A program made the translations under genes and the position numbers. 64,000 bases of DNA from Octopus vulgaris (taxonomy: Eukaryota): positions 118,606,001-118,670,000 of the forward strand of contig OX597822.1 in the NCBI GenBank assembly GCA_951406725.2, in the 5' to 3' direction. The notes below the pieces were generated by a model that searched no databases, was not told where the DNA came from, and saw nothing but the letters and a program-made list of their open reading frames with translations. Each line of letters begins with the position of its first letter. Within the stretch, counting starts at the first letter, position 1. Positions 26,440-37,061 of this stretch are shown here, in pieces.

Positions 26440-26942
26440 GTGGCAGCACAATGGCCTAGTGGTTAGGGCAACGGACTCGTGGTCGTAGGATCACGGTTTT
26501 GATTCCCAGACCGGGCATTGTGAGTGTTTATTAAGAAAAAACACCTAAAGCTCCACGAGGCTCTGGCAGGGGGTGGTGGTGAACCCTGCTGTACTCTTTC
26601 ACCACAACTTTCTCTCACTCTTTCTTCCTGTTTCTGTTGTACCTGTATTTCAAAGGGCCAGCCTTGTCACACTGTCATGCTGAATCTCACCGAGAACTAC
26701 GTTAAGGGTACACGTGTCTGGAGCCCTCAGCCACTCGCATATTAATAAATGAGTTGCGACGTCACTGGTGCCAAGCTGTATCGGCCCTTTGCCTTTCCCT
26801 TGGACAACATTGGTGGCATGGAGAGGGAAGGCTGGTATGCATGGGCGACTGCTGGTCTTCCATAAACAACCTTGGCCAGACTTGTGCCTCGGAGGGTAAC
26901 TTTCTAGGTGCAATCCCATGGGCAGTCATGACCGAAGGGGGT
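26440..26942 (+). mobile_element. Composite SINE (12507-type head plus modules of the 11880/54297 families)
   Basis: Head 26440-26640, middle shared with 11880, tail shared with 54297 and 57884. Confidence 0.75.
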
Positions 26943-27216
26943 CACAATCTGGCCTCTGCAGTCTTGCCATTCTGAGACCAACGAGGTTCCTGTCTGGACA
27001 ACCTATATGAACTTACAATGCAGATCACAAACTTGCGATCTTCCAATACAGATAATGGAAGAAGTCTGGCTGTCCATTCATTGTCAGGGCAAAAATGGCG
27101 AATAGTCTCAAGACACCACTTTTAATGCTATGCACATCTAGAGTCACTAACCTACCATAACAAATCCAGAAAGACGGCTTTTATCTTGGGAATCAGACCA
27201 TTTTATAACAACATTA

Positions 27217-27385
27217 CTACACTCTCGGAGTGGTTGGCCTTAGGAAAGGCATCCAGCTGTAGAAACTCTGCCAGATCAGATTGGAGTCTGGTGCAGCCAT
27301 CTGGTTCGCCAGTCCTCAGTCAAATCGTCCAACCCATGCTAGCATGGAAAGTGGACGTTAAACGAAGAGTAGGATGATGATGATT
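27217..27385 (+). mobile_element. RTE 3' tail
   Basis: ggagtggttgg..ttaggaa.ggcatccagctgtagaaac...ggacgttaaacga. Confidence 0.85.
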
Positions 27386-27811
27386 ACTATCCCACTCAAT
27401 CTGGTTTGACCCCACAAGATGTAAACCTCTTAGTTTGTTCAGTGAGTGAAACTACAGTCTATCTAAAGGCTGTAACATATTATTATTATTATTATTATTG
27501 TTAAGGTGGCAAGCCGGCAGAATTGTTAGCATGCCAGGTAAAATATGTCCATCTTTATGTTCTGAGGTCAAATTCTGCTGAGGTTGACTTTGCCTTTCAT
27601 CTTTTTTGGGGGTCAATAAATTAAGTACCAATCACGTACTGGAGACGATCAAGTAGCCCCCCTGCCAAAAAAAAAATGTTAGGCCTTGTATCTATAGTGT
27701 AAAAGATTATTATTATTGTGTTTTGTGTTCGTGTTTGTGTGTATGTGTATGCGCACATGCATGTGTGGGTGTATGTATGTGTGTACGTATGTATATGTGT
27801 GTTGCTTTTTT

Positions 27812-28075
27812 TGTTCCTTCTCGAGCCATGCCTGGCTCATAAGGGCCAGTTTCCCGGTTTCCTTGGCATATAGGTTCCCCACCTGGACGGGACGCCAGTC
27901 CATCGCAGGTGAGCTGCAAGATGCAGGAGGAAAGAGTGAGAGAAAGTTGTGGCAAAAGAGTCAGCAGAAGTTCGCCATTACCTTCTGCCGGAGCCGCGTG
28001 GAGCTTAGGTGTTTTCCTTCATAAATACACACATCACCCGGTCTGAGATTCGAACCACTAGGCTATGTGCCTCCA
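27812..28075 (-). mobile_element. SINE (25447 subfamily)
   Basis: Sequence match. Confidence 0.85.
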
Positions 28076-28671
28076 CACATGTGTGAGTGTGTGTGTGTGT
28101 GTGTGCATGTACCCTTGTCTTGAATTCACATGATGGTTAATAGCAAGCATCACCATCATATAAACAACATTGTTTGTTCCCAATCGCCGGTGAAAATATT
28201 GTCTGACAAAAAAGTAAATATTACCCTGTTTGGAACCAGGTATAGTTTGGATACATAAAGAGCATCCAGCTGTGCGAGGCAGCTTCTTCCTGGATGGAAG
28301 CCATGCTGAGTATTGTTCAGTCAGTCATTTTCTTCTGGTAACATTATCAACTTCAACAACTTTTTTTCCACTTAAGCAATCATGGAAAAGTGGGCGTTAA
28401 TATGACAATGAAGACTACACTAAAAATTTGATTTTACCAAGAATTTAACGACTAACAATTTCCGGCACCACTTGAAGATGCTTTTAATTGAAACTGTTTT
28501 ACAGCTGCATCCTGGAAAAATATCTTTCCATGCTTTTATTAATCAATTTGTCAGATAGTCATATAAAAATTGGCATCTCATTGGTTACGACGAGGGTTCC
28601 AGTTGATCCAATCATTGGAATAGCCTGGTTGTGAAATTAACGTGCAAGTGGCTGAGTACTACACGGATATC

Positions 28672-28877
28672 TCTCTCTTTACTCTTTTACTTGTTTCAGT
28701 CATTTGACCTTGGCCATGCTGGAGCACCGCCTTTAGTCAAGCAGATCGACCCCCAGGACTTATTCTTTGTAAGCCTAGTACTTATTCTATCGGTCTATTT
28801 TGCCAAACTGCTAAGTTACAGGGACGTAAACATACCAGCATCGGTTGTCAAGCGATGTTGGGGGAACAAACACAGAT

Positions 28878-28920
<43 letters not shown>

Positions 28921-29083
28921 ACGACAGGCTTCTTTCAGTTTCCATCTACCAAATCCACTCACAAGGCTTTGGTCAGCCCGAGGCTATAGAAGACACTTTC
29001 CCAAGGTGCCATGCAGTGGGACTGAACCCGGAACCATATTGTTCGTAAGCAAGCTACTTACCACACAGCCACTCCTACGCCTA
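28672..29083 (-). mobile_element. SINE (16811 family) nested in a CORE-like SINE (~28585-29302)
   Basis: Host SINE halves at 28585-28665 and 29085-29302 join to match 11880-12190. Confidence 0.85.
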
Positions 29084-29729
29084 CATGCATAGCCTTAATA
29101 TAGTTCTCAAGGAGATTCAGTGTGATACAGAATATGACAAGGCTGGCCCTTTGAAGTGCAGGTACTAGTCATTTTAGCCAGCTGGGGTTGACTGGAGCAT
29201 CATGAAATAAAGTGTCTTGCTCAAAACCAGAACATATCACTGGAAATCAAACTCACAATCTTACAATTGTGAGCCAAATACACCTAACCACAGAGCCACA
29301 CACTTTTATTGTCAAGTACTGATAACTCTAGAATCACAAACATTAAGGTAAACAACTTACTTTATGACACTTTACATACGGTTCCTTGCAAACCAACCAA
29401 AGTTTCAAGCCAAAGAAAAGAGTCTCTACATAAGAATTCAACCTGTGACATTACAGCAATCAAATCGCTACCAAGCCGTAGCCTTTTATCCTTTTTTCAT
29501 ACAAAAAAGATTAAAACTTGTACCCCAATTTTTTAAACTTTTAATAGTGAAGTAAAAATTACATGTTTATTAAAAAATAGTATATACTAGCATTAAAGAC
29601 CCGTCGTTGCCAGGTCATAGTGCTAGTGCATGTATATATGTGTATATATGTGTACATATTACATGTACATCTATATACATCTACACATAAAATACAAAAT
29701 ACAAAGTTATATCTTGATATCGCTAGTGA

Positions 29730-30067
29730 TAACAATACTCAAAATATATAACAGACTGGAATTGTTAGCCCGTCTCTTGTAATTTCGATTAATTTATCTT
29801 GTCCTCCCTCTTGTATAGAAGTGTGGCTACAATCCAGCCTACTTCTACTTCGGGGGAGGGGGGCATTTGTAATTTTTTTCCGGGACGTCCTACGTCCCAG
29901 ATATAAAGGTAAAAGTAAAATATTTCCACTTTGCAAGTTCGAGTCAAGTACTCCCTTGCAAGCTCCGTTGACTCGAACCTTGCTTCTATTGTGGCGAATT
30001 TATCGCCTCTGATTAGATAACTTTCATAGTCGCACCAAGACACTTTTCGAAGGTGCTTTCCTCCATG
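29730..30067 (-). pseudogene. Older L1/Tx1-like ORF1 fragment (continues at 31724-31860)
   Basis: YLIRGDKFATIEARFES...LLLPLYLGRRTS...EVEVGWIVATL aligns with FLTRGSKYGTVVVQFKS...LLPTYLNRRIT...NVEAEWIVAAV. Confidence 0.75.
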
Positions 30068-31723
30068 TTATTTCTTTATTACCCACCAGGGGCTACGAAG
30101 AATGGTGGACATAACAAAACATGGGGGACATAGAACAAAATAATTAAATTTATGAGTAAATGAATATTAAAATGAAAAATGATAATATGAAAGCGATGCT
30201 AACGGCCCCCTCTGCCAGCATCACTTACCTGTCCTTTTGTTTTCACTGTCACCTGAATGTTCATTCCCAATACGAAGACCATCCATATCCATTCTTACTC
30301 CGAAATACTCCTCCATACTTTCCACGAATTCATCGCTCATTCTTGTATCTTTCACCTCCCAATTCTCCCTTTCACACCTCAACACAAACTCATCTATATT
30401 CTTCTTTTCCAGCACTGCATATCTGGTCTCACCTATTTCATACCATTTATACTCTTTTCACTTCTTTCTGTTCAGTCATAATATAAATGTTCGGCCTGGG
30501 TTCGTTTTCAAACTCTTGTCTGTCTGTATTATTTTTTTTTTTTTTGTTTTCTTGTTGGAGGGGAGCGGGTGGGTTCACTGTCTGCAGGGATAGGGTGGGT
30601 CTCAGAGGGTGTGAGTGGTGTTGGGGTGGATTGGTGTTCTATGTTATTTTCTTTTCCTCGTATTCTCCTCTTCCTCTTATTCCCAGCTTCTTTCCATTTC
30701 TGTGAATTCTCTTCTTCTACTGTCTCCTTCTCCTCTGGTTTCTGCTTCTCTCTCTGTGGTTCGGAATCCATTTCTTTCACTGGGGGAGGGCAGAAGGCTC
30801 TTATGTGACCCCTCAGGCCACACTTGTAACAACGCGGAGCTCTGCCCTCCACCCACACTCTCATGATCACGTCTCCCAATCTGATACTTTCCGCCAGGTC
30901 CACCAGTACTTCGTTCTCTGCCTGCACGTTCAGTTCCACTGTTACGCCTCTCCAGCCCTCGGTCTTAACCGAGGCATGGAGAATATCCACTTCCTCCTCG
31001 TGGCCGCTAATCACAGCCGCCACAATCCACTCGGCCTCAACGTTTGGTGGCACTCCCTCCACCCTTACTCGTGTAATCCTTCTATTTAGATATGTAGGCA
31101 AAAGAGTTACCTTCTCGGATTTCACCGCCTTCGCCGCCATCTTCCTTGCTGCATTCTCACTTTTAAACTGTACCACTACAGTACCATACTTTGATCCTCG
31201 AGTCAGAAAATTAATTTCCTCTTCCATTCTTCTCAGCGCCTCCTCTATCCACACCATGTTTACAACTTCTATCTTCTTCCTTTCGTTTGCGAACACCCTT
31301 ATATAATGGTCCATTTATCATACCATTCTTTTCTCTTGGGTGTCGGTGCTAGTTCGACCTCACCGCTATCCTTTTTCATATATTTCTGGTAACTTGGCAG
31401 CTTGGCCAAGTCCACCCCTTTCTCTTCCACCTTCTTGGTTACACCGGCATAGGTATAACCCAGCTTTCAATCCATCATTCTCACTGCCTGTTCCAGTTCC
31501 TCCTCAGACGTAGACAAGTCTGATAGGGAATCAAAGTCTATTTCCTTCTGTCTGACAGACCGAAAACGGCCGCCCGAACAGAAAAAGTGTAACTCGTAGA
31601 ACCAGTGTAACGCGAAACCGCATCAACGACGTTCAAAATTTCACAACAACAACCATTCACTTTTTGTTCTTTTTTCTTTTTTAACCGAATTTTACAGAGC
31701 GCAAAAAAACACGACCGCTGTGT
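30068..31723 (-). mobile_element. ORF1-only L1/Tx1-like non-autonomous retroelement (~1.65 kb)
   Basis: Leader, ORF1 and a 3' tail ending tagcccctggtgggtaataaagaaataa. No APE or RT sequence is recognisable in between. Confidence 0.75.
30529..31314 (-). CDS. LINE ORF1 (gag-like, CCHC zinc knuckle); N-terminus extends to ~31550 with disruptions
   Basis: 261-aa ORF with VEGRAPRCYKCGLRGHIRAFCP (CX2CX4HX4C) preceded by RRM-like beta/alpha segments. Confidence 0.85.
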   Translation of the reverse strand: MDHYIRVFANERKKIEVVNMVWIEEALRRMEEEINFLTRGSKYGTVVVQFKSENAARKMAAKAVKSEKVTLLPTYLNRRITRVRVEGVPPNVEAEWIVAAVISGHEEEVDILHASVKTEGWRGVTVELNVQAENEVLVDLAESIRLGDVIMRVWVEGRAPRCYKCGLRGHIRAFCPPPVKEMDSEPQREKQKPEEKETVEEENSQKWKEAGNKRKRRIRGKENNIEHQSTPTPLTPSETHPIPADSEPTRSPPTRKQKKKK

Positions 31724-32936
31724 GAAAATCTTCTTTTTTCTCTACATTGTATACTTTATAGACAATAGTCTTTTCTTTAATTTATTTTTTTTATTATCCA
31801 TCTGGACTATTCCATTTCTACATGCTAATTTTATTTTCAATTTATTCCCATTCATGTGAAACCACTTATTCAAGTTCAAATCATTGATGCAATTTTATAC
31901 CAATTGCTATTTTTACTTTTGTTATGTTACTTTATACTTTAGTTTGATTTTAATTATTACTTACTACATATAATTCAATTGTTATTATTATCTCTAAATT
32001 TTATTGTTAAAGTGAAAGTATCTGACATAAAATAGAGAAATGCTTTTGTTTCACTTTTAACACGTAATACTGAAATAGTGGAGAAGATATGATATTGCTA
32101 TGGGCTCGCTCTAGGCAAGAAGTTGAACTTTTGTTTTGCCCATGAAACTACATGGACCCTAAGTAAAGCATGTGTAAAATTTGAATGAAATTGATTGTGT
32201 AGTTCTCAAGTTTTAGGGAAACACACAGACAGACAGACAGACAGACACACATTTTCAGTTTTATATATATAAAGATTACATTTCAGATAATCCAAAATTC
32301 CATATAAGGCATGATTTATTAACCTGAGTCACATGATAGATAACTCTGGAAGCAAACATTTACCACTAGGAGGAATATCAGGTAACATGGCATATACACA
32401 ATAATCATAATCTAACTTTTACAAATTTTCTTGGTGCTTATGCAAAATGATGAATTGAATTCAAATTTTCAAAAGAATAATATTTATTACCTTAAAATAA
32501 AACTGAATAAAACAAATTTCTCATTTATATAATTCCTACATTTCCCCTTGCTAGTCTGTCACTTCCTCTTCTTCCACCTCCTCTTCTGTTCTGTCTTTCT
32601 CATTGTATGTGTATGTGTGTGTTGCATTCCTTTACTCATTGTCTGACACCAAGCATCCTGCACAAATTATATCAACTCTCTTTGTAATTCTCTTTTATCT
32701 TCTCTCTCTCTCTCCACTTCCTCCTCTATACAATATAAACCATGACCAGAGAAATCAACCAACCAACATTTATATTGACTATTATTATCATAAAAGAATT
32801 AATAATCCATGTTGTCAGTACATGCATCACTTTGTAAATGGTTAGACAGACTGGTCTGTACATACTGTAAACAGCCAGACACTACAGATCGTTTCACAAC
32901 AAAAGTCTTAACTCTTTCTGTTGAAACACACTGTCT

Positions 32937-33310
32937 TTCATCATCATCATCATTTAACATCTGCTTTCCATGCTGGCATGGGTTGGACGATTTAACTGAG
33001 GGCTGGCAAACCAGATGGCCACACCAGGCTCCAATCTTGATCTGGCAGAGTTTCTACAGCTGGATGCCCTTCCTAACACCAACCACTCCGAGCATGCTTT
33101 TATGTGCCACTGGCACAGGGGCCAGTCAGGTGGTACTGGCAATGACCTTGCTCAAATGTTTTTTCATGCCACCGGCACAAGTGCCAGTAAGGTGATGCTG
33201 GTAATGATTACGTTCGAATGGGGTCTTTTACGTGCCACCAGCATGGAGGCCAGATAGCCGCTCTGGCAACGATCACGCTCGGATGGTGCTCTTGGCACCC
33301 TACCAGCATG
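32937..33310 (-). mobile_element. RTE 3' UTR with tandem ~60-nt units
   Basis: Reverse complement of the 35051-35543 type. Confidence 0.85.
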
Positions 33311-34194
33311 GTTTTAATGAATTTTGAAAATAATGAAGAAGTTCATAAAATAATAAAATTACTAAGCTGGTGTTTGGACCATAAATCAACATGAAATTTT
33401 GATGGGTTTTAATTCAGATCCCTTTAAAACAGTGAATTATTATTATAGAATGAGAGGCAATTTCAGAAGGACTGCTACAAAAGTGTTGGTCCAATCCGTG
33501 CAACCTTTTCTGCCACAATGACATAAAAACCTGTGGTGGAGCCACTTTGTATTTCTTTCCCAGTGAGGTTAATGTCATTTGTTTGTTTAATAAGTTATTT
33601 GTTACATTTCAAATATTCTAAAAAAGACTGTCAAGTCCATTGTTATAATTATCTTCACTCTTACAACCACTGGCGTATCATATTGCTACGGCCTCCCTCT
33701 TTAATCACACGCAGTATTGACTCGTAAACATTTTTGTTTAGTGCCTCACTTTAAAAAATTTTTAACAACTAAAACACTCCCAAATAAATTTGTAAAACAT
33801 GCCAGTGGCACGTTTGTACCAGTGGCACGTTTGTGCCAAAGGCACATTAAAAGCATGCAGCACACACAGAAAGGGCATCAAGCCAAATCAGACTGGAACT
33901 TGGTGCAACTCTCCAGCTTGCTAGTTTTCAGTCAAACCATCAAACCCATGCCCCAGCATGGAAAATGGACATTAAAGGATGATGATGATGATGTTGATAC
34001 CTACATGTAAACTCTTGTTACCATCTGCCTGACTTCATTAGTGCCACACCAACAGCCATATAAAATATCAGTGTCTTTCTTCCCCACCCTGTATTTCTAA
34101 TCCTTGAATAAATACTAAGGGTGGTGATCTGAAACAATTCATAAAAATCTAATTTCGTGTGAAAATTCAGTTCAACACAAAATTGCTACATCGC

Positions 34195-34448
34195 TGGTGG
34201 CACATAAAAAGCACCATTTGAGCATGGCCGTTGCCAGTACCGCCTTACTGGCCCCCGTGTCAGTGGCACGTAAAAAGCACCCACTACACTCTCAGAGTGG
34301 TTGGCGTTAGGAAGGGCATCCAGCTGTAGAAACTACCAGATCAGATTGGAGTCTGGTGCAGCCATTTGGTTCACCAGTCCCCAGTCAAAATCGTCCAACC
34401 CATGCTAGGATTGAAAGCGGACATTAAACGATGATGATGATGATGATG
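34195..34448 (+). mobile_element. RTE 3' UTR/tail
   Basis: Two ggcac.taaaaagcacc units, the conserved tail and (GAT)n. Confidence 0.85.
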
Positions 34449-35050
34449 AAAGTACAATGTTTTACATTTAGGGCTTGGTAACAATCATGAACAATATGAA
34501 CCAGAAACTAGTCACATATACTCTGTTGTTAGAACTGAGAGTATGCATTAGGATTGCTAATGACTAAATATTCAATATATATTTTCAAGAACGTTTCTCA
34601 TAAAGCTAATTCTGTATCTACAATAATATTTAAAAGTATTCGTATGTCATCATCATTATTTTAACCTTCTAACATTCACTTTGCCATGCTTACGAAGGTC
34701 AGATGGAATTTATTGAGCATATTTCTATTATTAACCCTCACTTGATTCCAGGAAAGAAACTTTTCCCACGGCCAGACATGTTTTTCCTAGAAAATAGGTA
34801 ATCAAGACACTGAAAGAGATAAACACTACTTTGACTTTTCAGCCGGTGTCACTGGACGACATCAACTGACGACCTAAATAATGTCACATAAGAGTAATCT
34901 TGTGATAAGTGAACCATAACAAAATCTTGGGTAAACAGGTCACACCATGAGGCTGCTGTGTCTGAGTGAAATCAATGAGACGGATTGTTACACAGTTACA
35001 ATCATTTACAGTTGTTGTACAATATCTAGACAAAAAGACATAAACACAAT

Positions 35051-35543
35051 CGATCGTGATCGTTGCCAGAGCGGCTATCTGGCCTCCGTGCCAGTGACAT
35101 GTAAAAGACACCATTCAAGCGTGATCGTTACCAGTGTCACCTTACTGGCACTTGTGTCCTGTGCTAGTAGGGTGCTAAGAGCACCATCCGAACGTGATCG
35201 TTGCCAGAGTGGCTAACTGGCTTCCGTGCCAGTGGCATGTAAAAGACACCATTCGAGCGTGATCGTTACCAGCATTGACTTACTGGCACCTGTGCCAGTG
35301 GCATGTGTAAAAGATTCGAGCGAGGTCATTGCCAGTACCGCCTGACTAGTCTTGTGCCGGTGGCACGTAAAAGCACCCACTACACCCTCGGAGTGGTTGG
35401 CATTAGGAAGGGCATCCAGCTGTAGAAACTCTGCCAGATCAAGATTGAAGCCTGGTGCAGCCAACTGGTTCGCCAGCCCTCAGTCAAACCATCCAACCCA
35501 TGCTAGCATGGAAAGCGGACATTAAATGATGATGATGATGATG
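35051..35543 (+). mobile_element. RTE 3' UTR with five tandem structured units
   Basis: Repeated cgtgatcgtt.ccag-N9/10-ctggc..gtgcc.gtggca.gtaaaa. Confidence 0.9.
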
Positions 35544-36085
35544 AACCCATGCACACACACACACACACACACACAAAAGTGATCTTGCACACCCATTCCT
35601 CTTGGTAACATGTTGCACCTTTTGGTACATCTTTTAAATTGTGCCTATCATCGCTATTATGTTAAACTGTTGTATGTCCAAATTCAGCCAAATGCATTGC
35701 TTTGAAGATTTAATTTTTCTTGCAATAGCCAGTTCCTTTGGTCAAACTACTACATTTCCAGCTGCTTCAGATGCCAAGATATCAAAAACTGTCAAAGTCT
35801 AGTACAACAGTTTTGTATTCTCCAAAAGTGTAGTGAGCCTTTACATATGATAGTTTTGCAAAAATATTTCTGACTGAAAACATCATACATGCATGGAGTT
35901 ACGATTTTATGCACCCAACAAAGTATTATTGTTCAGCTGAAACTGTTGCTAACATAAAAAGAAATGGAATGGGGAAACTATTTTCTCATTTTCTGAAAAA
36001 GCAACGTTTTGGACTCACAACACTTTTGCATAATAGCAATGATAGGTGTGTGTGTGTGTATAATTATGTATGTGTATATATATAT

Positions 36086-36364
36086 CAGCCTCGCCTGGCC
36101 CCTGTGCCGGTGGCACATAGAAAGCACCATCCGTTCGTGGCCGTTTGCCAGCTCTGTCTGGCACCTGTGCGGGTGGCACGTAAAAAGCACGCACTACACT
36201 CATGGAGTGGTTGGCGTTAGGAAGGGCATCCAGCTATAGAAACACTGCCAGATCAGACTGGAGCCTGGAGCAGCCTTCTGGCTTCACAGACCCCAGTTGA
36301 ACCGTCCAACCCATGCTAGCATGGAAAACAGATGCTAAACGATGATGATGATGATGATGATGAT
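36086..36364 (+). mobile_element. RTE 3' UTR/tail
   Basis: Match to 2095-2303. Confidence 0.85.
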
Positions 36365-36365
36365 A

Positions 36366-36535
36366 CACACATTTTTTTTCTCTCCTTGTTTCTTTCTGTG
36401 TTCCTTTCTGTAGAAGAGCATAGGCTCGAAACGGAAAAGACTTTTTCTATTCCTGAGCGTTACACTAATACATCTGTTTGTTTTGTACACCACCTGTCTT
36501 CGTCCTTTGTTTTTGTTTTTTTGTGAACTCTCCCT
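36366..36535 (+). mobile_element. Short PLE pLTR fragment with degenerate hammerhead (36402-36441)
   Basis: ttt CTGTAGA a GAGC-atag-GCTC GAAAC G GA aaag; ends in (TA)n. Confidence 0.5.
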
Positions 36536-36654
36536 ATATATATATATATACATAAACTTACATACATACATGTATGTATACATATATGTGTGAGTGTGTG
36601 TATATATATGTATGCACATATATATGTATATATATGTACATATATGTATGTATG

Positions 36655-36692
<38 letters not shown>

Positions 36693-36876
36693 TATATATA
36701 TATATATGAATGTATATATATATATGAATGTATATATAATAATAAATATTAGGGAATAATCCAAATTTACAGGGAAAAATCAGATTTAGGTATTAATTAG
36801 AGACAAAACCACTATTTTGCAAATCAAACAAGGAAAGACTTAATCAATACATAAAAGTATAATTAATATTATATGA

Positions 36877-36917
<41 letters not shown>

Positions 36918-37061
36918 TGTACATGTATGTATATGTTTATATATATATTCATATATATGAATATATATACATTCATATATATATGCATATATATGAATGT
37001 ATATATATATATATATATATATATGCATATATATGTATGTATATATATACATTATATATAT

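Larger units (their letters stand above)
25304..27205 (-). mobile_element. Fragmented L1/Tx1-like ORF2 (APE endonuclease and linker), interrupted by SINEs and a MITE
   Basis: Manual translation gives GRLVTLDV..SGVLRLFAIFA...GQPDFF (~27060-27160) and LNDLFGAKHEGCVVQSK (~25880-25935). Confidence 0.55.
29587..32275 (-). mobile_element. Helitron ends enclosing nested ORF1 elements
   Basis: Minus-strand 5' TCtttatatatataaaa..(tctg)n at 32275; 3' gacctggcaacgacgggtc hairpin plus CTAG at 29587; A|T target. Confidence 0.75.

Noticed and set aside
35051-35380. CRISPR-like or pistol-ribozyme-like appearance of the repeat array
   Set aside because: The variable parts are only 6-11 nt, there are no cas genes and the context is a eukaryotic LINE UTR. 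The pistol P2 stem is absent. Kept only as a structured-repeat finding.
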